A DNA stretch of 64,000 bases from Octopus vulgaris (lineage: Eukaryota): positions 78,120,001-78,184,000 of the forward strand of contig OX597828.1 in assembly GCA_951406725.2 (NCBI GenBank), in the 5' to 3' direction. The position numbers and the translations under genes were made by a program. The notes under the pieces were generated by a model that was not told where the DNA came from, made no database searches, and saw only the letters and a list, made by a program, of their open reading frames with translations. Below are positions 1 to 12,178 of the stretch, in pieces (the first letter of the stretch is position 1; each line of letters starts with the position of its first letter).

Positions 1-53
1 AAATAATATATATATATATAATAAATATAATAAATAATATATATATATATAAT

Positions 54-265
54 CAGCCTCGCCTGGCACCTGTGCAGGTGGCACGTAAAAAGCACCCACT
101 ACACTCACGGAGTGGTTGGCGTTAGGAAGGGCATCCAGCTGTAGAAACATTGCCAGATTAGACTGGAGCCTGGTGCAGCCTTCTGGCTTCCCAGATCCCC
201 GGTCGAACCGTCCAACCCATGCTAGCATGGAGAACGGACGTTAAACGATGATGATGATGATGATG
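54..265 (+). mobile_element. 3' tail fragment of an abundant RTE-type LINE/SINE ending in (GAT)n
   Basis: Same sequence (ggcacgtaaaaagcacccactacactc...gttaggaagggcatccagc...cggacgttaaacgatgatg) forms the 3' UTR downstream of the RTE ORF at 42388-43532. Many other copies, e.g. 2942-3303 (-), 22319-22550 (+), 38150-38580 (+), 52468-52740 (-), 57146-57468 (-). Confidence 0.8.
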
Positions 266-275
266 AAATATAATA

Positions 276-309
<34 letters not shown>

Positions 310-322
<13 letters not shown>

Positions 323-839
323 TGTAGTTGTGTGAGTGTCTGTCCCCTTCGATTTAGATTCCTAACTCCTCCCACATTTTGCGGTGCAGTTTAACCAAAT
401 TCGGGTATCTTATAGTCGTGATTCATATCGAGCCCGTCTGACTATTAGCACGCGTCAACGATGAGTCTACGATTTTAAAAATAATTTAACATCATTTTTT
501 ATTCCATTTTAATGCATAAAATGCATCGTGTGTCGATGGCAGCGGAGTTGGCGTCCACGCTCACAGCTGCACCTGTTTGCTTCTCCCCTTCTTCCCTCCC
601 TCGTGAAGCTGTGGGGAAGGGAGTGTAAGGAAATCAAAGTCATAATGCGTTGTCGAGGAGACCAGCGTTCTTTTAGAACAACGACTTTATGGCTTGAAGA
701 CACTGAGTCAACGATTTAAAAAAAAAAATATCATCATTTTTTATTCCATTTTTAATGCATTTTTTTGCTATAACTCTCTAAAAATGCTTATATAGTTATT
801 TCCCTTACAAACCCGAGCAACGCCAGGCGATACTGCTAG
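310..839 (+). mobile_element. non-autonomous Helitron
   Basis: Begins in TATATATAAAA context. Ends with a GC-rich subterminal hairpin (cccgagcaacgccaggc) followed by CTAG|T at 836-840, the canonical Helitron 3' end. Non-coding, CpG-rich interior. Confidence 0.7.
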
Positions 840-934
840 TATATAATAAATATAATAAATAATATATATATATATATATATAATAAATAATATATATATA
901 TATATATATAAATATAATAAATAAAATATATATT

Positions 935-2446
935 CATTAAGGAGGTAGCAGAGCGGAGGCCAAGAACTACAGACCTATCTCTCTGACCTCACACATCAGC
1001 ATGGTCATGGAATGAATAGTCAGAAGGAAACTGATCACCTTCCTTGAAGAAAATGACTTGCTGCCTGACACCCAACATGGTTTCCGACCAGGAAGAAGCT
1101 GCTTAACTCGGCTCCTACAACACTATGACTGGGTGCTGAAATGACTGCTCAACCACTCAAATGTGGAAGTCATATATCTCGACTTTGCAAAGGCCTTTGA
1201 TAAAGTCGATCATGGAATGATATGTCAAAAACTGCGTGATCTTAGCATAGTTGGAAAACTGGGAGAATGGCTTCATGACTTTCTGAAAGATAGAAGTCAG
1301 GTGGTAGTAGCCAATGGGGCCACTTCCATTAACACGCAAATAGTGAGCGGTGTTCCGCAGGGCACTGTTTTGGGACCACTACTATTAATAATGGCCCTCT
1401 CAGACATGCCCTCAGCCACGCAGAGAGCCACGATCACAAGTTATGCAGATGATACAAAAGTTTCACAGGCAATACAGAACCCTGAGGACACTAAACACCT
1501 GCAATGTGAGCTGGACGAAATATACAAGTGGGCTGAAAAGAATAGCATGCAGTTCAATGCTGAAAAGTTTCAAGCTTTATGCTATCAGCATGCAAAACTA
1601 AATGCAATACCCAATGAATACACTGGACCCGGAGGAATTGCAATCCCAGAGGCACAATCAGTGCGTGACCTGGGTATTTACATGAGTGATGACGCAACCT
1701 TTCGTGTACTTTGCTAAATTGGCAATGAAATGTAGACGACTGGCCGGATGGATTCTCAGAACCTTTAGAACAAGAGAAAAAGAAACCATGATGGTCCTCT
1801 GGAGGACACTTGTCCTAAGCCACTTTGACTATTGCTCTCAGCTATGGTCACCATCCAGTGTCAAGTTGATCACAGAACTTGAGGCGATCCAGCGTAGCTA
1901 CATGAAGAAGATAGCCTCTGTGCAGAATATAAGCTACTGGGAAAGACTCAAGAGATTAAAAGTCTATTCCTTGGAGCGTAGGCGATAGAGATATGCCATA
2001 ATATACATCTGGAAGATCCTGGAAGGACTTGTCCCAAACTTTGGCATCGAGAGTTACACAAATGCCAGAACTGGGCGCCACTGCGTGGTGCCTAGGATTC
2101 CAAGTTTGCCATCAAGATGTAGGACAAGATACTGTGATAGCCTGAGCTTCCGAGGCCCACAGCTCTTCAATATCCTCCCGAAGAATCTAAGAGACCTGCA
2201 TGGGGTGGATGCAGATGTCTTTAAAATGAAACTGGATCTCTTCCTGTCAGGTGTCCTAGATGAACCAACTTCACGGCAGGAGGTGCAGATGAGGGCAGCT
2301 GCATCGAACTCTCTCATGCACCAAATGGCAGTTGCTAAAAAGCATTCGTGAAGTAAAACCATGTAGCAACACCAAGTGGCGGTGCCCCAGCATGGCCGCA
2401 GCTCGTGAGCTGAAACTAGAAAATCAATCAATCAATCAATCAATCA

Positions 2447-2447
<1 letters not shown>
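935..2447 (+). mobile_element. 5'-truncated, frameshifted CR1/L2-group LINE (reverse transcriptase pseudogene plus 3' tail)
   Basis: NYRPISLTS near 965, YLDFAKAFDKVDH, SGVPQGTVLGPLL, YADDTK, and C-terminal DYCSQLWSP...LERRR across ORFs 1163-1717, 1686-1988 and 2085-2351. Ends in an (AATC)n tail; the last ~55 bp are duplicated at 2498-2557. Confidence 0.9.
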
Positions 2448-2491
<44 letters not shown>

Positions 2492-2635
2492 AATATAAAT
2501 GGCGGTGCCCCAGCATGGCCACAGCTCATGAGCTGAAACTAGAATCAATCAATCAATCATAATAAATAATATATATATATATATATAATAAATATAATAA
2601 ATAATATATATATATATATAATAAATATAATAAAT

Positions 2636-2675
<40 letters not shown>

Positions 2676-2763
2676 GAATACTTGATAAGTGTAAGAACCT
2701 GTATACGCCTGTGGCAGAGGTGAGACACTAGCGTAAAATTAAACTCTGATTTTATATATATAC

Positions 2764-3977
2764 ATACAAAACAATAAGAGAGAGTCCACCATGTGGTCAC
2801 TCTAACGCTAGATATAGATCCGCAAAGGGAAACTGCCACTAAAGAATTGTTCTCAAGAATTAATTCAACACGCCAAGAATGTAAGCGAGTAGGACAAATG
2901 AAAAATAGTGAAAAAATAGATTAACTCTATACAATTGTTTCATCATCATCATCATCATCATCATCGTTTAACGTCCGTTCTCCATGCTAGCATGGATTGG
3001 ACGGTTCGACCGGGGATCTGGGAAGCCAGAAGTCTGCACCAGGCTCCGGTCTTATCTGGCAACGTTTCTACAGCTGGATGCCCTTCCTAACGCCAACCAC
3101 TCTGTGAGTGTAGTGGGTGCTTTTTACGTGCCACCTGCACTGGTGCCAGGCGAGGCTGGCATCGGCCACGGTCGGATTGGTGCATTTTATGGAAGCCAGT
3201 CGAGGCAGCACTGGCTTCGGCTACGATTCGGATGGTGCTTTTTACGTGCCACCGACACGGAAGCCAGTCGAGGTGGCGCTGGCTTCGGCCACAATTCGGA
3301 TGGTATGTAATTTTACTTACATAAGTATTTTCGAATCGTCAGTAGAGTACATCTGAATATAATTTTTCGAACCGAACGGCAAAATCCACACGAAGTTGGA
3401 CAGAGATGAACAGTACAGTTGATTATATTCGCAGTTATATTCAAATGCCTTCATTGTGGCGCGTTAAATCCCCAGATGTAAATACTGCCCAAGTAATTAA
3501 CTGCCGGTTTGAGAACATATTAATTTATAATTAAAGTCACAATAATGGTGAAAAAATTGAATATTAATTAATAACATCAATTCAAACACCAAGTGGCCTA
3601 GTGTATAAAAGACTGGGATACAGTAAAAATTATTAATACAAAACAATAAGAGAGAGTCCACCATGTGGTCACTCTAACGCTAGATATAGATCCGCAAGGG
3701 GAAACCGCCACTAAAGAATTGTTCTCAAGAATTAATTCAACACGCCAAGAATGTAAGCGAGCAGGCATGTTGAATTAATTCTTGAGAACAATTCTTTAGT
3801 GGCAGTTTCCCTTTGCGGATCTATATCTAGCGTTAGAGTGACCACATGGTGAACTCTCTCTTATTGTTTTGTATTAATAATTTTTACTGTATCCCATTTT
3901 TTATACACTAGGCCACTTGGTGTTTGAATTGATGTTATTAATTAATATTCAATTTTTTCACCCTTATTGTGACTTTA
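2764..3977 (-). mobile_element. non-coding PLE-derived/retrozyme-like repeat: ~510-bp unit with partial tandem copy and ~213-bp inverted arm
   Basis: 2764-2893 is repeated directly at 3636-3765; 3764-3977 is the reverse complement of 3531-3746. Flanked by (TA)n. Contains a hammerhead split by an RTE-tail insertion. Confidence 0.7.
2924..3348 (-). ncRNA. type I hammerhead ribozyme interrupted by a ~360-bp insertion in stem II
   Basis: Minus strand: ACTCTA-CTGACGA-(stem II, insertion 2942-3303)-GAAA-CAATTG-TA^TAGAGT. Perfect 6-bp stem I, intact core, palindromic stem III. Confidence 0.75.
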
Positions 3978-4187
3978 TATATATATATATATATACATAC
4001 ATACATACATATACACACACATACGCATGCATGATTGAAACGAGGAGTAGATAGACAGCTGACAACTGATGAAGGGTCCTTTCTCTGTGTTTACTTGTTT
4101 TGTTCTCCATTTTTTTCTTGTTTATGTATTTAACTTGCTCGTTAGCATATTTTATATTGCTTGAACCATTGATGACGTCTTGTACAC

Positions 4188-4220
<33 letters not shown>

Positions 4221-4522
4221 TATATTATTTATTTAATTGAATGCCACACATCCATTTCCAAGTATGTATGCTTAAACAGTTTGACTGAGGACTGGCGAGC
4301 CAGGAGGCTGCACCAGGCTCCAGTCTGATCTTGCAAGGTTTCTATAGCTGGATGCCTTTCCTAATGCCAACCACTACAAGAGTGTAGTGGGTGCTTTTTA
4401 CATATCACTGGCACGGGGAGCCAATCAGGCAACACTGGCATTGACCACGCTCGAATGGTGCTTTTTACGTTCCACTGGCACAAGACAGTCAGGTGGCATG
4501 GGCATCGGCCATTACTATGTGA

Positions 4523-4636
<114 letters not shown>

Positions 4637-4648
4637 TATATATATAGT

Positions 4649-5010
4649 GGGGGGCGCAATGGCCCAGTGGTTAAGGGCAGCAGACTCACGGTCATGGGAT
4701 CGAGGTTTCGATTCTGAGACTGGGCATTGTGAGTGTTTATTAAGCTAAAACACCTAAAGCTCCACGAGGCTCCAGCAGTGGATGGTGGTGAATCCTGCTG
4801 TACTCTTTCACCACAGCTTCCTGTCTCTGTTGTGCCTGTAAATCAAAGGGCCAGCCTTGTCACACTGTGTTACACTGAATATCTCTGAGAATTACGTTAA
4901 GGGTACACATGTCTGTGGAATACTCAGCCACTTGCACATTAATTTCACAAGCAGGCTGTTTCCCTTGATCAGATCAACTGGAACCCTTGTCGTAAATTAC
5001 TGAGTGCCAA
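4649..5010 (+). mobile_element. tRNA-derived SINE (family 3)
   Basis: Head with A-box (tggcccagtgg) and B-box (ggtttcgattc). Related heads or bodies at ~8480-8740, 9293-9580, 50060-50190 (-), 59030-59230 and 59450-59770 (-). Confidence 0.65.
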
Positions 5011-5211
5011 CTATACATATATATATATATATATATATGGAGATGTACTTGCATAGCGAGTGACTTGATCTGAGATCGTGTGCTGGAATGAAAACAATTG
5101 CAGCACAAAGTTTTGTTAGAAGTGAATCTAACGGTTTTGTGTGTTTCTTAAATGGCTTATAAACACCTTCCACGCTGCAATTGTTTATATATATATATAT
5201 ATATATATATA

Positions 5212-5289
5212 CAGGGATGGCCATAAGTCACTGTACCCATTTTTTTTATTATTATCAGAAATGGGTAAAGTGACTTATGGCCTTCCCTG
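5212..5289. mobile_element. 78-bp Tc1/mariner-type MITE
   Basis: 31-bp terminal inverted repeats cagggatggccataagtcactgtacccattt / aaatgggtaaagtgacttatggccttccctg (2 mismatches), with TA on both sides. Confidence 0.75.
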
Positions 5290-6008
5290 TATATAGAATC
5301 TTCTGGTGGTTGTTGATATGTATAGCAGTGATGTGTGTGTGTGTGTGTGTACCTGTATATGTGGATGTACTTGTATGAGTACATGAATTGAAGTTTGCCC
5401 CTTAGTTGGGGAAAGAAAATGAAAACCTGATGGCATTCATTAGCAACTGTTAAAAGAAACAAATAGAGAAATAAATAAAGATGGTGGCAGAAGATATAAC
5501 TTCTAATTTCATAAAAACTTGAGTTTTCATAATTAGGTTGAACTATCTTTTTTTTTAGCCTGTTTTGTCTAACACACACACACACACACACACACTCTCA
5601 TATAAGCATATTCACATACACAGACATGCACACATATACAGATACAAAACTCAGATACGTATACATACACACATATTCATATAGCCATTTATACAGTGGT
5701 CTATGTTGTGTATGTGTGTATATGTACATATGTGTGTTTGTGTGAGTAAATAGATGCAGATGTTCACTTTTATGATGGTCCAATTTTAGCCAATTCCACC
5801 ACCACCATCATCATCATCTCGTCACTTCTACTGCCACCACCACCTTATCTGTCATAACTCTTCATCCGTTCCCCCTTCCACCCCCGACCCTCATCGACAC
5901 CACCCATCAACAGCAATATTTTGATTGAAGACTGTTTTATGAAGTACTTAAATATAAAATATCATATCTGTATGCATATGCACACGGCTGGAGGCATTTC
6001 TGTGAGTA

Positions 6009-6046
<38 letters not shown>

Positions 6047-6118
6047 ATTCGGTGAGGCATCATTAGCTCGCTTTCTCACTCTTTCATTCTCTCTCATTAT
6101 TTCTTTCCATTATTCATT

Positions 6119-6155
<37 letters not shown>

Positions 6156-6994
6156 GGTAATCTGTCAGTTTGGTCTCCACCCTGTAGTAAGCTCTGCTTG
6201 TTGCATTCTGACTTTCTAGCTGTTGTTAATCATCACGGTCATCATCATCACCATCGTGATGATTATCATGAGCATCATGCTCATCATTGCACATCATCTT
6301 CATCATCACCACCACTAGCACCACCACCATCATCATCATTGTCATTGTTACTGTACATCCATTTTCTGCGCTGGCATGGGTTGGAAGGGTTGCCTTGGCC
6401 AGATTCAGCACACATTTGCAGAGTATTGCTCACCTGCCCATGATGGATGGGGATACCACCCTTGAAGGCTTCAGTGAAAACATCAAGCCCAGTACTTAAT
6501 TGTATGTTTGGTATTTTATTCTGTTGGTCTCTTTCATCAAACCACTAAGTTATAAGGATGTACTAAGCAAACCAATACCAGTTGCCAGGCAGTGCTTGAG
6601 GGTGGTGGGGGAGCGAACACACACACATTCTTTTACTCTTTTATTTGTTACAGTCATTTGACTGAGGCCATGCAGGAGTACTGCCTTTAGTCAAGCAAAT
6701 TGACCCCGGTACTTATTCTTTGTAAGCCTAGTACTTATTCTACTGGTTGCTAAACCACTAAGTTACAGAGATGTGAATGCACCAGCATTGGTTGTCAAGC
6801 AATGTTGGGGCAACACACACACACACAATGGGCTTCTTTCAGTTTCCATCTACCAATTCCACTCACAAGGCTTTAGTCAGCCTGAGGCTGTAGAAGACAC
6901 TTGCCCAAAGTGCCATGCAGTGGGACTGAACCTGGAACTATATGGTTGGGAAGTATCTACTTACCACACAGCCACTCCTGTGCTTTGCAGCCCA

Positions 6995-7885
6995 TGACTG
7001 TTGAGGACACACATAGGCTCGAAAGAAATTAAGCTAGTGTGATCTGCTGGATGTGTAATGTGTGTGTGCACACCCTACTGAGTGTGAGCACCCTGAAAGA
7101 AATGCTGGACATAAGATGTATCATATGTGGTGTTGAAGAGAGATAACTGCACTGGTATGGTCGCGTGCTGTGTATGGATGAGGAGAGCTATGTGAAGACG
7201 TGTCACACCCTAACAGTGGAAGGAACCTGTAGAAGAGAGAGATCCAGGAAGACATGGAATGAGGTGGTGAAGTATGAACATCAAACGTTGGGCCTCATAG
7301 AGGCAATTGGGAGACCGACACCTTTGGAGATATGCTGTGATTGAGGAGAACCAGCAAGTAAAGTGAGATCAAAGCCATAACCTATACCAGTGTCGCATAA
7401 CCAGCCCATTTTAAAAGTACCCTTGAATCATCGGGTGATATGCTGCGCTTGAGAAGACCTGTTGAATCAAGTAAAATTTAAAATCAATAGCAAATCAAGA
7501 TCGAAATCAAAATGGAAATTGTAGTTGTGGTCGATGCCAGTGCCGCCTGACTAGCAGCCATGCCAGTGGCATGTAAAAAGCACCGTTTAAATGTGGGTTC
7601 ATGCCAGTGCCGCCTGACTAGCTCCCCATGCTGGTGGCATGTAAAAAGCACCATCCAAACATGGTCGATGTCAGTGTCGCCTGACTGGCTCCTGTGCTGG
7701 TGGCACGTAAAAAGCACCCACTACACTCTCAGAGTGGTTGGTGTTAGGAAGGACATCCAGCTGTAGAAACCTTATCAGATCAGATTGGAGCCTGGTGCAG
7801 GCTACTGGCTTGCCAGTACCCATTCAAACTGTCCAACCCATGTCAGCATGTAAAATGGATGTTAAATAATGATGATGATGATACT
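6995..7885 (+). mobile_element. decayed 3' part of RTE LINE (ORF end plus repetitive 3' UTR)
   Basis: Homologous to 42625-43532 (RWYGxV..MDE, GRPRKTW-like coding remnants), followed by ggcatgtaaaaagcacc repeats and (GAT)n. Another decayed copy at ~55910-56610. Confidence 0.75.
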
Positions 7886-8759
7886 ATCGTCATCGTCATC
7901 ATTTAACATGCATATTTCCATGCTGGTATGAGGTGGATGGTTCAACAGTATCTGATGAGCCAGAGGACTGTGCCTAGGATCCACTGTCTGCTTTTGTATG
8001 GTTTCTGTGACCGGATACCTCTCTTAATGCCAACCACTTTACAGTGTGTATTGGGTGCTTTTTATGTGGCCCCACCACCAATGAGGGCCACCAAGTAACT
8101 TGCAGGACAAGAAGCCTTGATTGAGGTGGCGAGTAGTATTTTGGGAGATGTGTTTTATATACATGCAGAGGTGCAGGTGTGGCTGTGTGGTAAAAAGTTG
8201 CTTTCCAAGCACATGGTTCTGGGTACAATTCCACCATGTGGAACCTTGGGCAGTTGTCTTCTACTATAACCTTGGACCAACAAAAGCCTTGTGAGTGGGT
8301 TTGGTAAATAGAAAATAAAAGTTCATTGTGCTTGTGTGTGTGTGTGTGTGTCTGTATACTGAAAGAAGCCATTGTGCATATTAACAGGTGTATGGACAAA
8401 AAAACTTGTAGATTTCAGCGGTCCAATATACACACATACATGTATATATTTGTGTGTGTGTGTTTGTCCCCCCACCTGGGTGATGCATTGTGTCCTTGAG
8501 CAAGGCTCTTTATTTCACATTGCTCCAATCCACTCGGCTGGCAAAAATAAATTGTACCTGTAATTCAAAGGGGCCAGCCTTGTCACAGTCTGTGTGTCAC
8601 ACTGAATATCCCTGAGAACTACATTAAGGGTACATCTGTCTATTGAGTGTCCAGCCATGTGCACATTAAATTCATGATTGGCTCAATTGATTAGATCCAT
8701 TGATTGGATAAAACTGGAACACTTGTCTTCATAACAGACAGTGTGCCAGTTTAAGGGTA

Positions 8760-9250
8760 TCTTTCCTGTGTGCCAGTTTAAGGGTTTCTGTTTCTTATAT
8801 CCCCATTCTACATACTGTTCCAGTGCAGGTACTACATACAAAACTTACTTTGTTAGCCTGTCTGTGGTTCCACTACATGTCTTGTGTATCTGTAGCATAC
8901 ATAGGGTACCACATGTAGAGTTTATACCTACTCCTTTCCTGCATTTCAAGCATGGTCGTTTCCTTGATGATTCCAGGGTCCTGATGAGGTGTTAGAGTGA
9001 ACTGTCCTTGAAAGACAAGACCATTGTCCAATGTTCCAGCAGTCTGTCTAGTTGTAAATTGGATCATGAAGGTTGGAACAGCTCTCCATTGCAAGCAGCA
9101 GCACTGAAATGTAACAACTATATGAATGTTGTTGTGTAGTGGTAGATATGCTCTATTAAACGGAATTATGATCAAAGATGGAAGGGCCATGTTCTGACCA
9201 TGGCCCTCCCATCTTATTTTCAAACAATATACCCATGTCAACACTATCCT
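8760..9250 (-). mobile_element. decayed internal RTE fragment with Cys/His zinc-finger-like segment
   Basis: Minus-strand translation PCLKCRKGVGINSTCGTLCMLQIHKTCSG resembles the CxxCxKGVGxNS..C..C..W.HKRCSG module that I recall in invertebrate RTE ORFs. Many disruptions. Confidence 0.5.
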
Positions 9251-10073
9251 ATTTGTCATTTTCCAAACTGTTAGGGTGTGGGTTTGTGGAAGTCATGGCC
9301 TAGTGGTTTAGGTGTTGCACTCAAAATTGCAAGGTTGTGGTCCTGATTCCTGGACTGAGAGGTGCAATGTGTTCTTGAGTGAAACACTTCATTTCATGTA
9401 GCTATACAATCACTTCAACATCTGACATGTAGCACACCATGCAGCAGTACAGACAATGTTGATTTGATGGAGGGAGGGAGCTTATGTGCCACACAAGCAT
9501 TTGATTACTGTATCACTATAAACAAATTATCCGTGCAGGTTGTTTAGCCAGAAATTGCAAAGCCCTCATCTTATGACGGGTGTATGAAAAGTTTTGAGCC
9601 TTGAATAGACTAACATTAAATCAAATTAAGGGTGTGGTTTGTAGGATATTTAGCTGTGCTGAATTCAACTTTTCCTGTGAATATAAATGATGTGCAGAGG
9701 TAAGGCTTGCTCTAAATAAATACACTGGAGCAATATTTCTCAAAGTGAAGCATGTCAATATTTTGGTAGGGTAGGGTTGCTCCAGATGGGGGTGTAAATA
9801 ACAATAAGAACTTGGCAATAGAGTTTTAATTATAACTTCATTTGAATATATGCTTTGTACTAGTTACTAGTGCATGGCCTTGTGACTAGGATATTGCTCT
9901 TATGATCACAAGATCAAGGTTTCAGTGTTATGTTCTAGGACAGGTTGAGAAAAACTGTCCTAGAGGAAGTTCACTTCATCTCATGTTGTTCTTCGATCAT
10001 ATTGATATCTGACATGTGGTACAACATGGACCTATACAGGCTGTGTCATTCTGATGGTGGGGGTGAGCTAATG

Positions 10074-10295
10074 TATGAAGGGTGGGAGCTTAAAAGTTCC
10101 TGGCTTTGGGTAAAAGAAAATAGAGGAGGAGTGGTTAATTATGATTTTATTGAACATATTCCCCTCTCAGATTCACACGCTTATTGTATCAGTCCTTCAG
10201 TTTTTATAAACCCTGTAAAAGAACTTGGAAGGTTTGGCCTCCAACCAAGCCTTTCATGACCCCTTTAAAGCCAGGAACTTTTCAGCATCCCCTTA
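10074..10295. mobile_element. mariner-type MITE (second copy ~39125-39337)
   Basis: Inverted ends ...aaaagttcctggcttt / aaagccaggaacttttcagcatcccct, TA flanks, and a homologous copy at 39 kb. Confidence 0.65.
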
Positions 10296-10685
10296 TACAC
10301 CACAAACGTTTGTTCACTGTAAGCAGATCATCTGTACACGTTGTTCAGGGACAAGTTAACAGAACCCTTGTCTATTGTTTGTGACAGGAGAAATCCATTT
10401 TCTCTGTTGATCGTGGGGCACAAATTTTTGGGAAAATTGAAGTTGAGTATGGGAAACAAAAAGAAAGGTTGATAAAAAACTGTCCTGGAGGAAGATGACT
10501 GTGGTCATTGGTGGTCAGGAGTCTTCACAATTAAATGGTTCATGGGACTTTCCACCAGAATTGAAAACAACCAAATAATGTCCTCTTGCAGGAAGTTGTT
10601 TTTGGTGAAGTTGTATTTATAAATTATTTTGTAAAACATTTTCATAAACTTGATTATTTATTGCTATTGTTGCTGTTGTAATTAA

Positions 10686-11354
10686 CCCTTTTGTTACCAT
10701 ATTTTTGTTGAAATACATTGTTGTTCTTGCAATTTATTTAAAAATCAACAAAAAATTTAGCAAAAAAAATTCTTTATTAGTTTTTATTGACCCTTTAGCA
10801 TTTAAATTGACCAAATCTGGCCCAAATATTCTGCTTTATCTTCAAACTGGTCAGATCCCCATCTACCCTACAATGTCATTCTAAAATTAAAACAATCACA
10901 TCATTGGAATCTTGAAGCTCATGAGATAATGCATGATTAATTCAAAACAATGTGAATAAATAAGCATTAGATTTGACAGAAGAATTTGAATGCTAAAGGG
11001 TTAAGCCAATGTTTGAAGCAAATTAACACAGTCTCTTTGGAAAGTTTTAATTCAAACCACTTTAAAACAGGACATTAATACCATCGAACCAAGGGCAGTC
11101 TTGAGCAGATTAGTATCAAAAGGCTTAACCCTTTTGTTACCATATTTTGGCTGAAATACGATGCCTTTGTTTCAATTTATTTCGAAAATAATTGATAATT
11201 TAAAAAAAATAACTGTGATTATTAAGCTGTTATTTTTGGAACATAAACTAACATGAAGCTTTAACGGAAGGTTTCAATTGAGAACCCTTGAAAATGCAAA
11301 GTTTGTAACATAGAACATAGAAAAGTAGTTTCAGATGGTTTGGTAGCGAAAGGG
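10686..11354. mobile_element. cluster of three piggyBac-type MITEs (10686-11124 containing nested 10791-11000; 11129-11354)
   Basis: TTAA|CCC...GGG|TTAA termini; ccctttagcatt/aatgctaaaggg TIRs on the nested element; two copies of the outer family share the TTAA at 11125-11128. More copies of the nested family at ~14117-14342, 59879-60250 and 61327-61560. Confidence 0.7.
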
Positions 11355-11449
11355 TTATATAATACTGAAAAAAAAAACCAAGAAAATGTTTTTTTTCTTC
11401 TCTCAACCTTGTTGTTGATTTTCTGCTTTATTTGTTATCCTTCTTGCAG

Positions 11450-11974
11450 CTGGCTGAATACTAATGTCCACTAGTCCTGCTTATGTGTCAGGAGAGCAGC
11501 GAAGTGTGTGCATGCGTGAGGGGCCTGGCATCACACACAAGGACACCAACACCACACCCTCTTCTCTCGACTCCTCTATCTCTCTCCACTCCTCCTTTTC
11601 CTCCTCCCTCATCTTCTTTTTCTTCTTCTTCCTCCTTATCTCTCTCCTTACTCTCACCCCACTGTTGCCCGAAACACCACCAACACCACCAGCACAACCG
11701 CTGCTGTTATTGCCATTGGTGGAGGCAGGTTCACCAACCTCTCCACCACCACCACCACTACTACAACTACCACAACCACCACCACTGCCACCACAACTAC
11801 TACACCTACTACAACAATTACTCTTCATACTTCTACTCCAACCACCCATTCAGTCCACTTCATCACCACCACCACCGCCATCATCATCATCACCACCACC
11901 CTCATCAACATCATTGCTACCATTGCCATTACCATCCACTCAGAACAGAACAGAATAATTCTAAACATGACCAG
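11450..11974 (+). other. candidate upstream exon of the NDR kinase gene (5' UTR or His-rich alternative N-terminus)
   Basis: Strong pyrimidine tract and acceptor (ttatccttcttgcag|), donor CAG|gtaatc. The ORF from ATG 11483 is open for 164 codons to the donor, phase 0, in frame with the exon at 41384. Confidence 0.4.
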
Positions 11975-12147
11975 GTAATCTCTCCCTCCGGGGTGCACAA
12001 GTGACAGCTATTTAGCCCTTTCTTCGCCCGGTCATCTGGCCTTCTTCAATCACACAGGAACAAAGTTAGTTAATTGCCAGGTAGGCTCTATAAATTTGTC
12101 CCTCTATTTTTGATGTTGTCATCTGTGTCTCCTTCCCTCGTTTCCCC

Positions 12148-12178
<31 letters not shown>

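Noticed and set aside
4649-4725. tRNA gene
   Set aside because: A/B boxes are present but there is no complete cloverleaf, and it continues into a repeated SINE body.
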